DNA from: the human T2T-CHM13v2.0 reference genome, Homo sapiens
Strand: one strand, 5' to 3'
NCBI RefSeq assembly: GCF_009914755.1
Contig: NC_060926.1
Length of the DNA stretch: 64,000 nucleotides
The notes under the pieces are model-generated. The model saw only the letters and a list, made by a program, of their open reading frames with translations, did no database searches and was not told the origin of the DNA. Below, in pieces: positions 58,751 through 64,000 of the stretch. How positions within the stretch are numbered: the stretch's first letter is position 1; every line of letters begins with the position of its first letter. A program made the translations under genes and the position numbers.

Positions 58751-60120
58751 TTAAATTATCTAGTAGGGATCATTTAAATTTTACTTAAGTTATCTAGTAG
58801 AATAAATATTTAAATAATATTTAAATATTCTTTTCAGCTGCTGATGTTTTTTTCTACCACTTTCAGCTTTGCTCTCCTGAAGCACAGAAAAAATATTTTT
58901 TTTTGCTTTAAGTTAAAGCACCTAGCTGCCATCTGGAAATGGGGAACAACACATTTTATGTGGGAGCAAGAGACAGGAAGAACCCACTCCCACAGTGTAG
59001 CAGGACAGTTTGCTGAGGAGTCTGCCACCAATAACTGAATCACGGATACCTGAGAATTATGGGAGCTGCCACAGACCAGGAAATACAGGTATTGTCCTAT
59101 AAGACAGTGACCCTGTCTCTTTCCTAATTCTGTTAAAGCAGTAATACAGCAAGTGACTATCAGGCATAAAAAAAAGAGAAAGAGTTGCTCTACCCTCGGA
59201 CACTTCCATTTTGTGTGTAACTTGCATTCATCTTAGCACAAAGGAGAAAATGAATTCAATGACTCCTGTAATTATCTTGATTACAGTTAACTGGCCTAGA
59301 AACTGTGGCACAGCCAATCAGGTCTGGGAATGGTAGGATAGTAGTCATTTTCCTGTTTAGCAGCTCAATTTCCTGTTTTTCCAGCACATCTCAATCAATA
59401 CACAACTGTAGTAGCTATTAAAACTTTGGCTTCAGCCCCCGCTACTCCCCTTGGGCTCATCTAATACTTCCTCGCTTCCATTTCTCCAGAAATAGTACAT
59501 GTGCATGTGCATGAAGGCAGATTCGAGAGATGGAATCCTCAAGGAATGTCGATAAATGTCTCACCTAGATTTGAGCATCTTAACTCTACTTCCTTAAAAA
59601 TATATGTTGTTGTAATTACAGAAGCTATGATGTAAAGCTTTACTTTAGGCTATAAGGTAAAATGGTGTATTTAATTTTTAAAAATATACCAGAATACCTA
59701 CCAATTACTTGGTGTTAATCCCTCAAATTAATCACACTGAGAAACAATGTAATTTTTCTAATGATTAATATTATTTTAAAGACATATTCTGATGCCTTAG
59801 CATTCGATCCTATTTAAAGTCAACCTACACATCATATTTAAAAAAATCAGATTTTATAAGTACAGCCATATTTTGAACCCAAACTACTATATAACTCAGC
59901 TTCTTATTCAACCACATTTCAGAGGCTTGCTTCTGAAACACTTTGGCTATTTTCAAATATGTGGTATTTTTACACCTTTATGTACAAAGGAATTTTCTAC
60001 AAGTCTGAAGTCATTACAAAAGAAAACCTCTGTCCTATTAAACCATACTTTTAAAAAATAATAATTGTTTATATTACTCCTGCAGCTCTGATTTCAATTG
60101 AGGAATTAAAAACTACAAAT

Positions 60121-60425
<305 letters not shown>

Positions 60426-60436
60426 AACACTACAAA

Positions 60437-60730
60437 CCCGGCACGGTGGCTCATGCCTGTAATCCCAGCACTTTAGGAGGCTGAGGCGAGTGAGGCGAGA
60501 GGATCTCTTGAGGCCAGGAGTTTGAGACCAGCTGGACAACATCTCTCCAAAAAGTACAAAAATTAGCTGGGCATGGTGGCACATGCCTGTAATTCCAGCT
60601 ACTAGGGAGGTTGAGGCGAGAGGATCACTTCAGCCCAGAAGGCAGAGGTTGCAATGAGCCGAGATTGTGCCACTGCACTCCAGCCTGGGCCACAGAGCAA
60701 GACCCTGTCTCAAAAATAAATAAATAAATA
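60437..60730 (+). mobile_element. AluJ element
   Basis: Dimer with a (TAAA)n tail. Confidence 0.92.
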
Positions 60731-60731
60731 G

Positions 60732-61107
<376 letters not shown>

Positions 61108-61964
61108 GACAATTCCAATTAAAGCACTTCGCCAAAATGCTCCAAAATTCAACTCCACAGATTTCTTACATCTAAAGTAAACAGTTTTAAAATATTTAAA
61201 TTTATAAACAGTATAGTGAACTTAAATTAAATGAAATAAATTACCCATGCTCACTCTATCATTTTTCTAAAGACTAGCCAATCTTTGAGAATCTTTTCCA
61301 AAGGATTCATTCCTCAGATATGAAGTTTGTATTCAAAACTGAAGACGTTTGGCCTTTTATAAATAGTCATGGGAAACTTCTTTCTCTCATACTTTTAGTT
61401 TGTTTTTACTGTAGCAGATGGGGGAAAAAATTTAGCACAGCAAAGTCATAAAAAAAAGTCTCATAACAACTATCATACTAATATTAGAACACCAAAAGCT
61501 TGAGTATATGAGTATCTTGAACAACAACAATAAAAATACTTGCTGGAAATTATAAAGACATTTTGACTTTTAGACTCAAAAAACTGGATAAGAACTCCTT
61601 CTACCTTTGGTCCATTTCCTCCTAGGCACATTCGTTTCTAAATATCTTCTTAATTATATCAGTCATTTTTTCTAAAGTTTCTCTGGCACAGAAGTCTGGA
61701 ATTCTCTTTAAAATATATTCTAATATCTTATAAATGTTAAAAGTCTAAAATGTGTGCCAACAGCCAAGTCTAGTCTTTACTTGAAAAAGGAATCAATCAC
61801 CAATCTCCATTCTGCAAAATCCCCTAGTATAAGATATATTTCACTCCATACAGATAATAATTTTGTTTTAACTGACATTTCAGTTAATACTTAGAAGTCT
61901 CCTGTATGCAATAAATTTTTAATTAAACAATTACTAGTTTATTTACTGATCTTATAAATTAGGC

Positions 61965-63099
61965 CAGTGGGTCAGCAAACTTTGTCTGTGTAGAGCCAGA
62001 GGGCAAATATTTTTAGCTTTGCAGGCCATATGGTCTTTATCTGGACTACTCAACTATAATGTGAAAGCGGTTGGAGGATAATATGCAAATGAGCATGGGT
62101 GGCTGTTTGCCAGTAAAACTCTATAAATACAGGTGGAGGATAACAGATTAACATCCAGAATATATACAGAATTAAAACAGATTGAAAAACAAAGGACTTG
62201 AACAGATATCTCTCCAAAGATGATTTACAAATGGCCAATGAAAAGGTATTCAAAATCACTACACATTAGGGAAACAGGAATCAAACATGCAATGAGATAC
62301 TACCACATACCCATTAGGATAGCTGCTACAGGGAAGGGGGGCTCTATAACATAAACGTTGGTGAAGAGAATTGGAACCTCATGTACTTTTGGTGAATGTA
62401 AAATGGTACAACCACTGTAAAAAAAAACAAAACAAAAAAAGAACAAACAAAAAACAGTATGGCAGTTCCTCAAAAAAATTAATAAATAAAACTGCTATAT
62501 GATCCAGACTTTCTATTTCTAACAACACACCCAAAAGAACTGAAAGTAGGGTCTTCAAGAGGTATTTGTACACCCATGTTCATAGCAACAGCACTATTCA
62601 CAATAACTAAAATGTGAACACAACCCAAGTATCCACTGATGGATGGATAAGCAAAATGTGATCTATACATACAATGGAATATTATTCAGCTATAAAAAGC
62701 AATAAAGTACTGATATATACTACAACATGTATGACATTATGTGAAATAAGCCAGTCAAAAAAAGACAGACTTTGATCTCACTTGTAAGAGGTACCTAGAG
62801 TAGTCAAAATCAGAGACAAAGTAGAATGGTGGTTTTCAGGGGCTGGAGAAAGTGGAATGGGGAAGTTATTGTTTAATGGGTATAGGGTTTCAGTTTTGCC
62901 AGATGGAAGGAGTTATAATGATGGAAGGTGGTGATGGTTCAACAATATGAATGTGCTTAACACCACTGAACCATGCAGTTAAAAATGGCTAAGATGGTAA
63001 ATTTTATGCTATGCATATTTTACCACAATGGAGAAAAAGGGGGATAAAAAAGCAGGTAGAGGGCTGTTTTGACTTTCAGGACATAGTTTGCTGACCCAT
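61965..63099 (+). mobile_element. MER58A (hAT-Charlie) split by an L1
   Basis: 5' part gggtcagcaaact…tagctttgcaggccatatggtc (61965-62138); 3' part catagtttgctgaccc (63048-63099); the termini are inverted repeats. Confidence 0.8.
62139..63035 (+). mobile_element. L1MB 3' portion
   Basis: End of ORF2 plus 3' UTR (tttgtacacccatgttcatagca, ccactgatggatggataagcaaaatgtg, tattttaccacaat). Confidence 0.9.
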
Positions 63100-63829
63100 A
63101 AGTTAGGCTGTTGCATTTTAAATTCTAAGCATAGACATAATGTTTTAAGCCAGTAACAAAGTACCATTTATACACTAACATCATGTTCATTTTATTCCTA
63201 CAGATACATATAATTTCTGTAGTGAAGTTCTTAAGATTAGAAGCCTATTTCCCAGTACCTAGAAAAATATGTTTTATATAAAGTAAGAGTTCAGGAGTTT
63301 TTGACTGATTAATTAAAAGTAGTTGTCTTAATAACATGAAGTTTGGCATTTATTATTATATTAACACATCTGGCGTTTCAGTACAAATATAAGGTCATAA
63401 TATTGTTATTCAATATCCTCTAACTCATGTAGAGGTAATTGATTTTGAAGGGCAAGTATAGCATTTTTAATAAATAATTTCATTTTTGTTATTCAGTAAT
63501 CAAAAATCCTACTTTTGAAATATTGTTATACATTTAATAGCTGCCTAATATCAAAAAATAAGTATAGACTTTGTCATATGATGAAAAAAACTGCCAGTTT
63601 ACTATGAGTTAAATTACATCATACCATACACAGGAATATGTTACACATTACTTTGAAGACATAAGCCAAATAATTAATCTCCTTTTAAATGCTAGACATT
63701 TTATATGCATTGAAATTTATAGTTTTTAAATATAAAATGTAAACATAATTTTAAAAAGAATCAAGATAATGCTTTTATAAGGCCACTTTAAATAAAAATC
63801 ATTTTTAGCCATTCAGTATAATCCATGGT

Positions 63830-63990
63830 AGCAAACATAGCACTATGAAAAGCATAGGTTTGGAATCAGAGCTTGTTTCTAATACTCTTCCATTCCTTAG
63901 AGTTGTATGACCTTCAATGTGTTAATTAAGCTCTCTGATCCTCAGTTTCATTCATTGTAAAATGAAGTTAATATACTTATTCAAAAAGAA
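63830..63990 (+). mobile_element. MIR
   Basis: tttggaatcaga…tgtatgacctt…ctctctgatcctcagtttcattcattgtaaaatg. Confidence 0.8.
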
Positions 63991-64000
63991 GTAGCAAAAG

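Overview
This is primate, almost certainly human, nuclear DNA. It is AT-rich and CpG-poor, with about 29 Alu elements or fragments, including one carrying all five AluYa5 diagnostic bases. It also holds old L1M, L2 and MIR relics, MaLR LTRs, MER6/MER33/MER58 DNA transposons and microsatellites. I can support no protein-coding CDS, CpG-island promoter, RNA gene or CRISPR array; the longer supplied ORFs are Alu or simple-repeat artefacts and the rest look like chance ORFs. Most L1 fragments lie on +, and several strong splice donors lie on -, which suggests the interior of a long intron of a minus-strand gene that I cannot name. The best leads are: (i) minus-strand cryptic or recursive splice sites next to (UG)n tracts, as TDP-43-type candidates; (ii) two well-formed plus-strand exons that splice in frame, the first with a GCCACCATG start; (iii) a ~750 bp purine-pyrimidine alternating and 29-bp VNTR complex containing a tandem forkhead-motif array; (iv) young, possibly polymorphic Alus. 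No new biological system is demonstrated. Repeat families were recognised by eye, and boundaries of old repeats are approximate (tens of bp).
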